Counted from the stretch's first letter, positions 13,223 to 27,547 are shown. The stretch: 64,000 nt of DNA from Eledone cirrhosa (GCA_964016885.1 OZ024740.1:319858001-319922000), one strand, 5' to 3'. Translations and numbers: made by a program. The notes: generated by a model not told the origin, from the letters alone.

Positions 13223-13534
13223 AGAGAAAGAGAGAAAAAAGAGGGAGAGAGATAAGGGTGAATATAATTCAAATTTCCAGACGAATAAATTAATGGAAGA
13301 AACGTCGTAGACATAAGATGGTGAGAAGTGATAAAATTTTATTACCTTTTCTACATAATAATATGACTTAAATAGCGTATAGACTGAGGCAGAAAACTGT
13401 ACAAGTAGAGGATTATGTGTGTTGTATCTGTTAATATTCTCTCAATACACACATATACACACAAACATACAGATACATGATTAAATATATATGATGTAAA
13501 CAAAATATACATATAATACGCATATATATGATAT

Positions 13535-13649
<115 letters not shown>

Positions 13650-13652
13650 CTT

Positions 13653-13714
<62 letters not shown>

Positions 13715-13718
<4 letters not shown>

Positions 13719-14000
13719 GAGGGTCGTTCTGCCAATAAAACACACGCACCTGTTGGTTTGCACTTCAATCTATTATAAAAACAAGATGGTCTAGGACTGC
13801 ACAAAGGAGAGACACAAAAAAAAACCTAGTCACTGAGGAGGTCACAGAATGTGTAGACGAAAGAGCTTTGACAATATATAAACAACCATCCGGTTATCGG
13901 ACCAACCAACCAACCGGAAATATATAATAAATTTAAGTGAAAACCAACAGGTGTGTGTCTTTTTATTGGAAGCATGACCCTCCCAAAGTATAACAATATA
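13715..14000 (+). mobile_element. Fold-back PLE-type terminal element with hammerhead, in (TA)n
   Basis: 13715-13776 is an inverted copy of 13923-13986; HHR inside; related copy at about 34420-34660. Confidence 0.7.
13829..13872 (+). ncRNA. Minimal type I hammerhead
   Basis: gtca-CTGAGGA-ggtc(acagaatgtgta)gac-GAAA-gag-CTT-tgac. Confidence 0.6.
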
Positions 14001-17000
14001 TGTTTAAACATACGTTTTCAGACAGATAAGAAATCTTTCAAAACAAATTCGAAAACGAAGTATATTATATATATATATTAAATCTCTACTTCGGTACTGA
14101 GTACTCTCTTCTCTCAGCCGTCAACCACATACGGATATATATATATATATATAAAAAAAACCGCGATAATATTGCTTTTTGCTGAACTCCTTATTGTAGA
14201 GTTTTTTGGGGGAATGTTTTTGACTGTTGTTTCATGTAAACAAACATTCGTCTCATTTTGACGTTACCAGCCCTGTTTTTCCACATGTGCGTTTTATTTT
14301 CATAATCACGCATGATGTTAAACTAGCCTGCTTTTAAATTCCCTTTTTGTTGAGCTCTGCTGAGGATCCAACCGTGACCATCTCCACTGAAAGTTTTCGT
14401 GAAATAGTCTTTTCAAGACTATACAGAGCATTTGTAGTTTTTCCAAATTGAAGGATGAGTATTTTAAACTTTATTTTATCATGAGCTAAGGCTCTATTGA
14501 TTTTTTCCCTGGATTTCATTAAATTCTGTTGGATAAATCTATATCCTGATTCTTTTTGAATTGAGTTTGAATTATTTTTCCCCACATCTTAGGTTAACTA
14601 TTTTCCCATTTTGACGCTATAGTCACTTATTTATTATGGAATACTGTTGGCTTCTTGCTACAATAATTTCTATACCTTTCATTTATATATATATATATAT
14701 ATATAGTGCAAATTTAGACGGGAACAAATAAAGGTTTATTAGTTTCACGCTCTTGGAAGAAGCAAAGAAAATATCAGTGATACGAAAAGATTTCCTGGTG
14801 GAAGTTCAGGTAAACTCCAGATATATAACCAGTTTCAGAGTGAAAATCCAATTTGAAAATCCAACATATATTTATATATATATGAGTGTGCATTTGTGTC
14901 TGTCTGTTTGTCCGTCTGTCTGTCTATGTGTATGTTTGCTTATATATAAGAATCTGTTATGAATTTTTCAGCAATTGATAGCTTTAAACAAATTCCTGTT
15001 GCCATCTCTTCAGTCATTGCTATAAGTAAATTGATTCTTGCTAAAGTTTATAGTAAAGATGGACTCTGCACTGAGACCTTTGGTAGCAGTCGTTTCACAC
15101 ATAATTTAGCCCGGAGAGATGGTGCTGGAATGAGTGGAAAGATAGAATTATTCTTTCTAAATAGAAAGAAAAGTGTCAAAAATAGTGTGGCAACTATTGA
15201 GGCTTTACTGTCAATTGTTGACAAGATTCTGGTAAGCATTCTTCTTACTTATCTGAATATGTCCCTTGAAGATGATATCCTTCCTGCATCTCAGTGTTTT
15301 TACCGTTACGATTTTCACAGCAAAACAAACCATTAGGGCATCCATGTAGAAAATATATTCACAAACTTGATTGTCCAGGTCTCTTTACATCTATGATTAC
15401 ATCACAAAACGATGAAATAGAGCCAATCAGGGTAACACCATTGACTCAATTTATTTATCTTTTTATATTGCTGTTGTTCTTGATTATGCTTTTGCCGTCG
15501 ATTATTCTTCTGGGATATATGTGAGACACCAATCTTCTAGCTCTCTCTCTCTTCTATTTACAAAATGTTGTTGCCAATACAGAAGGCTTTCAATCTCTTA
15601 TTCGTGATCTCCTTCAGACAGACGATAGCGACTTAGTTTCCCAGGCTACCGAAGATATACAACTACTCATGGATCGTATTTTAAAGATTGTGTAAAGTCC
15701 TTTTGAAGGCATTTCAAATATATTATTTCTACTCGGTGAGAGTTGCTTTTCATCACCACCAATGGAGAAAATAGTTAAAAGATTGTGCTGTTATTTTTGA
15801 AAAAGAATTCCTTTACTGGCACAGAATCTAAAGGAGCTTCACAAAAACGCACATTTTCTGAAATTGACGGAGTAAACTTTCTGTGTGATAATTTTGGCCA
15901 TATGTGTCTTTTCAAGGTTCATCATATTAGACATAATTGAAGTTGGCTACATTATGTTCCTGATAATAGACTGCATGACATGCAATACACGTTGGAATAT
16001 TTGAAAATCTATTAGAATTGGATTGTAATTTAGCTTATTGATGTGCACAAACGCAGCTTTGTAGGGTCTCCTAAAGGACATATTAGGAGTCTAGCAAATT
16101 TAAAGAGCCACTGTTGAGAACACAATTTGATGGTCATTGATGATCTTCCTCGGACATGAGTGGACAGCCATCATATATATTCAACTATAGCAGCAATAGC
16201 AACAACAACAGGAATAACAACGACAAAATCGATATTATTCATTATATGTGGAAAACATAAGACGTTCTAAATGTAAAATTATGTATATTTGCTGTTGTTT
16301 AGCCATAGTTAAGCCACGATCAAGCAGCCATATTGTCAAAAATATTCTAGCCAGGACTGTCTGGTTTTTTTTTTCAAACACAATATATCAGAAATGGTAT
16401 ATCTGTATGGCACTATCGATAGAGCGTCGAACATCATGCTTTCTGGCATAGAGTTACGACCCTTTATGTCCTGAGTTCAAATCCCGCCGAGGTTAGCTTT
16501 GCCTTTCATCCTTACGAGGTCGATAAAATAAAGTACCAGTAATGTACTGGAGTCAATGTCTGTGGAATACTCAGCTACTTACACATTAGTTCAACGAGTA
16601 GATTGTTCAGTTGGTCGGACGACTGGAATCAACGGAGATCTATTTATTTTATCTATGCTATCCAATGTTATCTGTTTTTAGACGGTATGATTTCATTTAA
16701 GGGAAATTTGGCTGTGATATCTAGCACGTCGAGTGACCTCATAAAAGGTTCCTCGTTGGCCTATTGCAGTATATGTGTATAAACATATTTGACATATTTG
16801 AAATGCATATTTATATTTAATTGCATGATACAATCATATTGCAAGTATGTTTTCATTCATTAATTGTTTAATTTTTAGATACGAGGTAATAACAAACAAA
16901 CGCTCGATTTGTTTCGGTCGATCCCGTTATAAAGAATCTTTCGTTATAACGGAATTTCATTGTATGTGGGATTTACATAATCGTGGCTTACAACATATTT

Positions 17001-17337
17001 CTTAGTACGATATTGTTTGCTAGGTCTCCGTTTAATTTCTGGACAACACCCGGTGTATCTATTACGACAAGTATATTATTCATATGCTTGATGTAAATTA
17101 TACTTTAGTTCCCCCTTGTGTTCTGTTGTGCCCACGTATGATAAAACATACAGAAATTAAGAATGTGTATTCAAATAGATTAATAGATGAAACCATAGAA
17201 CAATATAAGAAAGACAACAAATACACAAGATAACACCTATACAAATATAGAAATCATTTATTATATGAATTAAATCCATGTAAACTATAGAATAGGTGAC
17301 CACGTTATCAAAAACTTCCTAAAGCAAAACATGAAAT

Positions 17338-17630
17338 GAGAGGTTGTGAGTTCGATTCTCGGACCGGGTGATGCGTTGTGTCCTTGAGCAAGACACTTTA
17401 TTTCACATTGCTCCAGTTTACTCAGCTGTAGAAATGAGTTACCACGTCACTGGTGCCAAGCTGTATCGGTCATTGCCTTTCCCTTGGACAACATCGGTGG
17501 CGTGCAGAGGGGAGACTGGTATGCATGGGCGACTACTGGTCATCCACAAAAATAAACTTTGCCCAGGCTTGTGCGTCGGAGGGAAACTTTCTAAGTGCAA
17601 AACCATGATCATTCATGACCGAGTGGGGCC
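17338..17630 (+). mobile_element. tRNA-derived SINE (OR-like family)
   Basis: B box GGTTGTGAGTTCGATTC, core TTGTGTCCTTGAGCAAGACACTTTATTTCAC. Related copies at 17985-18200(-), 33390-33750(-) and 48350-48620. Confidence 0.8.
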
Positions 17631-18374
17631 TACAGGAATGAATCCATAGATCCTGCTGAAGTTATAGGAGTACCGTAGTATCATAGAGCTTTTGAGGAGC
17701 ATTTTTTTAAAAACCAAGCAATGCCTATCCCTTCACCAAATCTGAACATGGCCTATTTCTTCCAGAGAAAGGGAGAAAGTGATAGAGAGAAGTTAGAAAG
17801 GTACATAGCGAAAGAAATGAGCCCAGTATTTGATCAGTAAATTTTTATCGACCTCGAAAGATGAAAATCAAAGTTGACCTCGGTGGATTTGAACTCAGAG
17901 TGCAGAGATTACTATACGGAACAAATACCACAGAGTTTTCTATCTGACGTTCTAACGACTGTGCCAATTCGCCACATAGTAACACTAATGAGGTACTCTG
18001 TCGGAACGGCCTGCTCATGATATTAACGTGCAAGTGGCTGAGCATTCCACAGACATGCGTATCCTTAACGTAATTCTCAGGGAGATTCAGAATAACACAG
18101 AATGTGACATAGTGGCTGGCCCTTTGAATTACAGATACAACTCATTCTTGCCAGCTGAGAGGACTCGAGCAACGTGAAATAAAGAGTCTTGCTCAAAGAT
18201 TTAGGAACTTTACTGCCCCAAACAAACTGCCAGGTACTCGTAAGAAAATAGGAAAAATAACAAGTAAAATAAAACTAGAACACTGTCTGTTATTCAATAC
18301 ATGTCCAAAAGGAAAGCTATCCCCTTATATATATATACACAAAAAAACATATATATACATATATATATATATAT

Positions 18375-18405
<31 letters not shown>

Positions 18406-18455
18406 CATACATACACACACACATATATATATATATATGTATATAAGTATATGTA

Positions 18456-18540
<85 letters not shown>

Positions 18541-18624
18541 GTATGTATATATATACCTATATATATTTATACATGCATGCATCCATACAAAACACACAGA
18601 CACAGACACACACTCCCCCCCCCC

Positions 18625-18675
<51 letters not shown>

Positions 18676-18766
18676 CACACACATATATATATACACACAC
18701 ACTTCAATCCTTATCAGCCAGAATACGTAATGGAGAACTCAATAAAAATAGAGTTGAATATATATG

Positions 18767-18915
<149 letters not shown>

Positions 18916-19172
18916 CTATGTTAGTATGGTAGAACATCTGTCAAATTATTGTTGCATCAAATTTCACTTCGTAAGTTGTGTGTAACAACTAATAGCGGCT
19001 CGTCAGGTAGATTTATGCACCTGTTACAAAATCATCATATCGCCATATGCAATAAATATCAACTTCCTGAGCAGTACGGAATTATTCTAAGGTTACCTTC
19101 TCTCTGTAGATTCTATTAAAACCATGTACTTATGTTCAATAAATCCATATACATAGATATATACACACACAC

Positions 19173-19234
<62 letters not shown>

Positions 19235-19399
19235 AAAGAAAGTGTGGTAAGAAGCCAGTGGACCATAACGCAGCAGAGTACTCGATACTTAGGGTAGTAG
19301 AGTGGGTAATAGGAAAAGAATCAGGACCCCGACGGCTGCGCCCCGGCCGTTTCGACAGCTAGATTCGAACTATATATACATATATATATGTATATATAT

Positions 19400-19885
19400 A
19401 AATCTGTAAGCTAATTTGCCTCTAGGGGTTATATTGACGAACATTACGCTCTGGTATTTATTGCTATCATACCAGGAGTTGATTTTATTTGCTATATTCT
19501 TAATCCTTTCTATTCTGTTCCAAAATTTGCTCCTATACATGGGTTAAGTCTCATTTGCATCATTTTCTACAATCTTTACCCATTTGATCCCAGCTCCTTT
19601 ATATACCCTGATTTTGTCTCTCTGATTGTAGCCAGAGAACTGCATGTGGTGGATGAAGTGTTGTATGTGTCTCTCTAATTCTTTAGGGTTGCACGTGCTG
19701 GACACGTTCCTCATCACGCTTACTAAGTCCGCAATCAGTATATTGATTTTTATGTGATCCGAAACAGCTGACTTTCTACTTGGAGGTCATGGGTATGGTA
19801 TAATGGGAATGGAGGATTTGCGTTCTATTATTAATAGTTTCCAACCAGTGTTCTGTGTCTAGTACGAGTAATCTATGGTTAGTGG
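19400..19885 (-). mobile_element. Penelope-like RT thumb-region fragment
   Basis: The minus strand reads LLVLDTEHWLE..ILHSHYTIPMTSK..KINILIADLVSVMRNVS..HFIHHMQFSGYNQRDK..PMYRSKFWNR..WYDSNKYQSVMFVNITP, matching the PLE RT C-terminal pattern; stops and frameshifts. Confidence 0.7.
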
Positions 19886-20950
19886 AAAAGCATTGTTGTT
19901 AAAATAAACACGTTGCCCATTCTCAAGGTGAACCGCAAGCTTTTCAATTGCAGGATACTTCTGATGTATTGGAAAACCAATAATCCGCCAGAAGGCCTCG
20001 TTGCTGCTGATGTATCGCCCCACCTGACACTGCGTAACTTCATCGCGGGAGGATTCATTATGAAAGGCGAACATAGCAGCATCTGAGCCCTTGTTGACGT
20101 ACTTGAAGACATACTTGATGGACTTAATGGAATTGCAGAACTCAACATTGATATGGACATTGAATGTCTTAAGGAGGAGTGGACAGTAAGGTACAATCCA
20201 TCTGTTGTCCACCTCAAAGTTACCAACCTTTGCAGTAAACCTCCCATCCTCAGGATTTCTTCTTCGGTATGATGGATACCCGTCATGACCGGTCTGGGTT
20301 TCGAGAATGAACTTTCTGGGGTATCTTTTGGAGCACCCATTGTCCTTCATACATGGGCAGGATAAATTGAAGCCACGCCCACACGGACCATGCTCCATGT
20401 GTGTCTTAACCTGAACGTAGAGTTCCCTATCAGTTGATGGGTCGGGAAATTCTGCCGATATAATTCTGTCGATGTCATTAGATATAATCTTTGTCGTTAA
20501 CCAAATCAAGATGTGTGCATGTAGCAGACCTCTTTTTTGCCATTCAATTGTATACATGTCACAGTTTGTAGGTCCAAATACATGGCCTGTTTTAATAAAG
20601 TACATGAGTTTAATTAATCGAAGCCTAAATACTCTTTCTGTAAGATCATGCCTGTCTTTGGCCTTTTGACCAGGAAAAAGTTCATTCTCGATCTCCGGGT
20701 TGCAAGTAAAAGTAATAAATAAATCCGGCCTGCCATAATGCCGTACATATGTCATGGCGTCGTGCGTTCTTTCATGCATATATCTGGGGTACCCGGTGAC
20801 AGATGAGGGCAGTATGCACACTTGACCTAGGCTTCCCGGATCTGCATCACCGTTGATTCCATCACGGAGGTGGATGTAACTGTCACAACGAAGCTGTTTT
20901 TGATTCAGTCTGATGAAACACAACCTTTCCGACTCCATTTTTGCACACAT
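19859..20950 (-). pseudogene. Helitron Rep (HUH endonuclease) domain ORF fragment
   Basis: PDLFITFTCNP (motif I), EWQKRGLLHAHILIW (HUH), KSIKYVFKYVNKGSD (YxxxY). Confidence 0.95.
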
Positions 20951-23285
20951 GTCAACAGCGAATTGGTTGAAGAGATCTTGTGAACGGTGAAGGTGATTGA
21001 GGGAGGATTCTCAGATCATGAAGCGGAATGCGTAGAAGTCCATACAGGAAACTTTTTTGGTCGGGTGCTCAGCCTGATTGTTAGCCGTACGCTGCGGAAT
21101 GCCAAAATGGTATCCATCTTCACCATTCACAAAGAGCAGTGGATACTGGAGTGCATCGTAGGATCTATGTGTCTCACTGATGTGCTGGAGGGAGTTGTCT
21201 CGGTGTTTGATGACAATGTCCCTTTTGTTGTTCTGGTCACCGTGCAGGACAATGGCTATTTCATTGCACGAGGGTGCATTACAGCGGCCGGCATGGTCCC
21301 CCGACGGTTTCTTGTCAGCATTAATGATAATTTAAAGTCATCCAAAGCCACTGATTCCAAAACACATTTGAAGCTCCTGACATAGCTGTTGTTCCTATGA
21401 AGCATGTCTTGAAGTTGAAATAGGATATCCAAATCAGTATCGTTGGTAATGGTGTGTCGCCTGGTAGCTTGTTGGTGGGAGTTTGCAATGAAGTACACTT
21501 GAAGAAATCGGAGTTCCTCATTTTCCAAAGGATGCAGTGGTCCAATAAGATGGTACACCTGCCCCTGAACCTTGAAAGTAGGCATAAATCCAGCCTCCGT
21601 GATGCGCTGCGCTCCGAAAGAGGTCATCTGGAAGGCGCAATTGTATTGACGGATGTGACGAAGGAAGCCTCGAGACTCCGACGTAGTTCCGGTAAGAAGA
21701 AGCTGCAATGGTTGTGGCGGATCCTAAAGAGGGGGCAAGTGTACTTTACCATTGGAGCAGCACATTGCTGCAGGTTCTGCTGACCATTTTTTGGCCCTAC
21801 AAAACTGACAAGTGGTGGACATGCTGCCGATTGCAATATCAGGATGGTTTGAATAGTTTTCTAATGGGTCATAATTAAATGCCTTCAATGACCATCGTGA
21901 GCGGGAAGGTCTTGAAATACCCTGTACATTTGCTCTGCGGTGAACAATACCCCCCGACTGGGCGGTTTGGTTAGGGGCGGCCTCGAAAATCCGTCCCGCA
22001 GCAGTAGCATCAGCATCTCTGTTTTGAAGATGTTCACCTTGTTGCTCATTCTCTGCATATTGAGCAGCTGCCGTTGCTGCAGCACCATTTGCAAGGCGAA
22101 TTTCACGTTGTTCATCGGTCACAACAGCTCGTGCGGCTGCAGTGGCGGAAACATCTCTGGTTTGGCGAAGTTGGCGTTGTTCGTCATTCTCATTAGCTCG
22201 TACAGCTGATGTTGCGGCAGCATTTCTGTTCAGACGATTTTTGCGTTGTACGCCATTCTCAGCAACTCGTTTTGCTGCAGTTGCTGTGGCATTTCGTGTT
22301 TGGTGACGTAAACGTCATTCCTCATTCTCAGCAACTCGTGCTATGTTTTCTGACTGACTTATTTCATGATCAATCCTTGCCTTCTTCGTCTGATATTTGG
22401 CCGGCTGCCGCCAAATTGAAGGTTTTCTCTTTTTAGGCATTATCTCGCGGAGTACCAAACTGTTGGCCTAAGTGGGGAAAGTAGCAATAACTTGAGAAGT
22501 TTAAACTTAGATGTTATGCATTGAGAACGATAATTTAGAGGTTAGTAATTTAAACGAAAGAAGAAAAGGTTTAAAAGTAGAAGCACACAATATTCGGAGA
22601 TTCGCAATGTCAACTTAAATTGAGAGAACTGCTAATGTGCATCTTACGCCCGCATTAATGTACGGGGAGTAGAAAATTTAATCGTTTTAACTCCTGCGAA
22701 GCATATAGTATTTATTATTGGTATTAATCTACGGTGGGCGTAAGGCAAATATAGATGGTAGTTTGGTAAAATTAACACAGGAATGACATCAACAACGTAC
22801 TAGAAAGCTTCAAAATACTCGTACAGTTGATCGAGTAACGCCGTGCTATCAAACATATTTCTCACAGGAATATGCACGGTATATGTTCAGTCATGTTGAC
22901 TAATGTTAGTTGCGTAGTCCAATTAGAAATCGCGACCTTCAATCGGGCGAATTATTCAAGGTCGTTTATGGCTTAGCTAGCAATTATTGAGTGCATGTCA
23001 GCTTATGTCAGCTAATTGGCTAGCCAATGAGAGGTCGCCTCAATAGCACGTGCCAAATCGGCATAGTACTTCAAACGTTAAAAGGAGCCTAGTATTTTTA
23101 CACAGACAGATACACACACAAAATCGATTTTTCGACGCCAAAACCTGCTCTGGCATATAAGCAACATGTGTGCCAAATTTGGTTGAAATCGGCCTAGTAC
23201 TTCAAAAGTTAAAAGGAGCCTAGTATTTGTACACAGACAGACACACACACACACAGGCAGACCGACTTGCTTTTATATATATAGA
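19885..23285 (-). mobile_element. Helitron 5' half (Rep domain present, helicase absent)
   Basis: 5' end A|TCTATATATATAAAAGC...GTCTGTCTG...CCGATTTCAACCAAATTTGGCACAC. Frameshifted RepHel from MPKR at about 22440, with CQFCRAKKW..CCSNGKV, YNCAFQMTSFGA and FKVQGQVYH. Confidence 0.93.
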
Positions 23286-23327
23286 TGACATACCCATGGA
23301 AATCACACCTTAACGGTCCGAAATTCA

Positions 23328-23386
<59 letters not shown>

Positions 23387-23388
<2 letters not shown>

Positions 23389-24545
23389 CAAAGGAAATAT
23401 GGTAAGGAACCAGATGGACCATAACGCACCAGAGTACTCAATACTTAGGGTAGTAGAGTGGGAAATAGGAAAAAGTATGACCCCGACGGCAGAGCTCAAG
23501 TCGTTTCGACGGCTATTTCTGGACTAAATTAGAATTTTTAGCCTGGTGAATAAATAGCCGAACTTGTGAAAGGGGTACTTCCTTATATGGGAAGATAGTA
23601 GTTGTCAAGAGGATTGGTTAAAATTTGTTGTAAACACAAATAAGTCTATCATGGCATTTGGTGGGAGGTAGGGGTGGCTGAACTTGCCTGTAGAACAATA
23701 GGGGAGTGAGTGGAGCGGTCAGGCGTTGAAAGTGATATGTATACAGCAGAATCTAAGGATAGTGTATGAAGTGGAGGAGGGAGCTTATAGAATAGGTAAA
23801 TCGAATGAGAGTAGGAGACAATAAAAGATACTAGAAAGAAATAAAAAAATATTTAAAATTAGATAGTGAGAAATGAATTAAAAAAATCACAATGCTATCT
23901 TACAATTACAGGTTAATAAGTAGAGAATAGAAAAAACTTGTAGAAATTACAAAACTGATACAAAATTAAAGGGGTTTAACTCATCTGCTATAAGTAGTTA
24001 GTAAAACGTATTAGGCCAATTCTATCTTAAAATTACAGGGGTGGGGGAACTGATGCTACAGAGGCCCGATGGGCTGCATCGGGGTAGGCGAAAGGGGAAA
24101 AGTAGACGAGGAAGAAAATAGGGGGTGAAAGGAAGTGATAGGATGAGACAGGGGAAAGAAAGAAGACAAAGAGGAAAAGAAAAGAGATACAACTACCTAT
24201 GTAAGCTGGGGTTTCCCCTAACTTATTCGGCAAGTGTGTGTGTGTGTGGGGGGGGGTATCAGCCCTTGTCTACCCACCCGGGTCGTTATGGGGTTTGAGG
24301 GCGAGGTAAGGTCCTACGCAATCTGTGTTTGCATGCGGTTACCAGTTCGTCTTTATTGTTTAGGAGTTGGTCCTTCGAAAACACCATTTGTAATGTTTTC
24401 CTCCGAGAATAAGTTACACGGACGGCGTCCTCCCGTGTAAAAGTTAGCTCTGGACAGTAAGCTCCAAGTGAGATTGTAGGTTATAACATTATCTTGGAGG
24501 TCCCAGATGTGGCCCGAAAGTGTAGTGGCATGTTGTTATAATATT
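23387..24545 (-). mobile_element. PLE GIY-YIG C-terminus plus 3'UTR/pLTR, ending in (TA)n
   Basis: 24320-24540 minus reads HATTLSGHIWDLQD..YNLTWSLLSRANFYTGGRRPCNLFSEE..LLNNKDELVTACKH; HHR-like fold at 23480-23576. Confidence 0.85.
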
Positions 24546-24610
24546 AATGTCATCCATAGTTAAGTTTGATCTATTTTTGGCAAATATGAAGACTTTGTTC
24601 CGGAGTAACT

Positions 24611-25636
24611 ATGGATGACATTAATATTATCACGCACGCTAGACAAACACGACTGGAATTTCAGAAGGAATACTGGACCAGAAATACATATAGTAATCTA
24701 TTCGGTATTACTATGGGCTCTAGTGATTCTGCCCAAATTACCGATCTTGTGGGCCTCTTTCTTCTATTTAACATAAATTCTTCTCCCCCCCCCCCCCTTA
24801 AAGGTGGTTTATATCGTGATGACTGTCTTCTTCTTTCCACTAACCTTAGCCTATCAGAAATTGAAAAAAATAAAAAACTTAGAACTTTCCTCAAAGACTA
24901 TTATAGTCTCACTATTACATTTGAAAACACCAGTAAAATAGTTACTTTCCTAGATATAACTTTAGACTTATCTACGGGTACCTACCAACCTTACCATAAA
25001 CCTAACCAAAACTTACATTACATACACTCACAATCCTATCACCCTAGATCTATCCTTAAAAACCTAGCATATAATATCTCACTCAGAATTTCTAACCTTT
25101 CATCTAACCAGGATGTATTCGATAAAAATGCGCTCTTTTATAACGAAGCTTTAGCTAGAAGCGGCCACAAAAACAAATTAGTCTATATACCATGCACCAA
25201 TAATACTTCAAACATACAACCCAATATTACCAACAAACACCAAATGAAAAACACACACCTAAATGCCACTTACACTACACCCAAAAATACCAACCTAAAA
25301 TTTAATTTCTCTACCTCTTCTCACATAAAATATAATAACTTTCAGAAAACCATTCATCCTAATACTCCAATATACGTTAATAACATTACTAACAAAATTC
25401 CTAATAATCAGACTAAAACACCTAAATCAGTTAATCAAACTAAACCTATATATAATAAATTCACTAATACTAATTCTCTTAGTAAACATCCTGATACATC
25501 GTATAAATATAAAAAACAACATCGAAACCGTAATAGACGAGTTACTTGGTGTAATGCTCCATTTAATCTACAAATTAAAGATAATATCCCTAAAAAATGT
25601 TTACTATCCAGAGAAAAACTTCCCGCCAAACCATAA
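24611..25636 (+). pseudogene. Penelope-like reverse transcriptase fragment, inverted relative to its EN/3' end
   Basis: FGITMGSSDSAQITDLVGLFLL, GGLYRDDCL, TFLDITLDL, YHKPN..YIHSQSYHP, RISNLSS, EALARSGH, VTWCNAPF. Confidence 0.9.
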
Positions 25637-26396
25637 ATACCATCAAATTTTAAATAGATCAACTGTCTTTTTTTCCTACTCCACTACCAAAAATATACAA
25701 TAAAATATAAGTGCGTACAATGCATATAAATGAAAAAAACACACGAATATACCACCAACAGATCAAACCAACGATAATACTAAAATAAACCGCAACAAAC
25801 CAACATCTCCTTCACATATAACAAGTCGAGTAAATTCCTCGTATCCTTGAGGTATCGATGGTTATAGGTTACTGATATTTATGCTCACAACCTCTAGTCA
25901 AGTATCCTTATGTGGTTAATCGACATGCTAAAAATAGCAGTAAATTCCCTTTAACTGACAACAGCGGCAGGAATCATCATTATAATAATCAAATTGTACA
26001 AGAGCAACAACAACAACAACAACAACAACAACAACGCCAATAAAATTTAAAATCTTAAAACCCTCAATTCGTAAATGCAGAATATTATGCTAAATCTCTG
26101 CATCTCACAGCAAGGCAATGTTTTAATATACATATGAGAGATACACTCTTATTTAAACTATATGAAATTGCAATGCGGAACTATCGGTTCAATGAATAGA
26201 AATAATTGGAGAGTAGAAAGGAAGATATATCCTTTAATGAAAAGGAAGTTGATATTTGCTGTAAATGGTAATATGTGATTTTGGTGCATAAGCTTGCCAT
26301 CAGCAAATGTTTATTGTTATGATTCTATAATTTAACAGCCCAACATTCTCGTTTGTATGCATACACACATACATAGACACATACGTGTGTGCGTGC

Positions 26397-26458
<62 letters not shown>

Positions 26459-26515
26459 ATGTGTGTGTGTGTATGTATGTATGTGTGTGTGTGTGTGGGT
26501 ATGTGTGTGTGTGTG

Positions 26516-26625
<110 letters not shown>

Positions 26626-26786
26626 TGTGTATAAATAATTATAAGTAGGAATGAGTTATCAGAGTATCATCATTAATTTTATTTAGGTGTGACGCGTGTT
26701 TCGCTATTGATAAGCTATCGATCGGGCCCGATTCTGGAATCAATAGTTCATCTGACTCTTGGATTCGTTACAATCCATTAAACTAT

Positions 26787-26817
<31 letters not shown>

Positions 26818-26989
26818 TATATATATTTATATATTTTATCATCTTCATTCTAACTTCTTTATTATTTTATCTTCTTTCTTTTTCTTTTTCTTTTTCTTTT
26901 TCTTTTTCTTTTTCTTTTTCTTTTTCTTTCTTTATTATTGATGTTGTTATTTGAATTCTCCGTAATATAAATATAAATATCTAGTGTAA

Positions 26990-27325
26990 TTTTGTCAGTT
27001 ATTCCGATGATTTGATTAGGCATACACTGTATTTAAGATTGAGTGACACAACTTCAAGTGATTAGCAATCCTTAGACATCCTAATCAATGAAACAATTGT
27101 TAATACTGTAAATAAAACCCTTTTTGTACAGCCGACCATGTTATTCTTCACTCTTTCACTATTATTACTCCAAGATTAACCTGCATAGGAATTCTCGGGA
27201 ACTGGCCACCTAACTAAGGAAACCTCTTGTTGAGTCAAACAACGCCGTACGTTAAAACTATCCACAATACAGAGTACTCACAACCACTAACTGGCTTACC
27301 TATAACGATAATTTGTTATCCTATA
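26990..27325 (+). mobile_element. PLE-type terminal element with hammerhead (second copy at 44791-45200, as a fold-back)
   Basis: Shared sequence ...GAAACAATTGTTAATACTG...CTGGCTTACCTATAACGATAATTTGTTATCC then (TA)n. Confidence 0.7.
26996..27108 (+). ncRNA. Type I hammerhead (U4C) with long loop 2 and palindromic stem III
   Basis: cagttatt-CCGATGA-t-ttgattagg..cctaatcaa-t-GAAAC-aatt-GTT-aatactg. Confidence 0.6.
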
Positions 27326-27326
27326 T

Positions 27327-27415
<89 letters not shown>

Positions 27416-27499
27416 TATGTGGTAGATGGGTGAAAGAAACGAGTACTCAATACCGAAGTAGAGTTTTAATATTTATTTTATTAAGGCTAAATAGTGAGT

Positions 27500-27547
27500 C
27501 TTGTTACTCTGGAGTTTCGCCAGTTTATCACAGAGTCATTAGACAAG
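27500..27547 (-). ncRNA. Decayed hammerhead (G5A)
   Basis: cttgt-CTAATGA-..-GAAAC-tccaga-GTA-acaag; part of this family recurs inverted at about 14078-14135. Confidence 0.5.

Noticed and set aside
26686-26730. gct..agc-GAAAC-acgc-GTC half-hammerhead on the minus strand
   Set aside because: CUGANGA and the 5' strand of stem I are missing; probably a truncated PLE end
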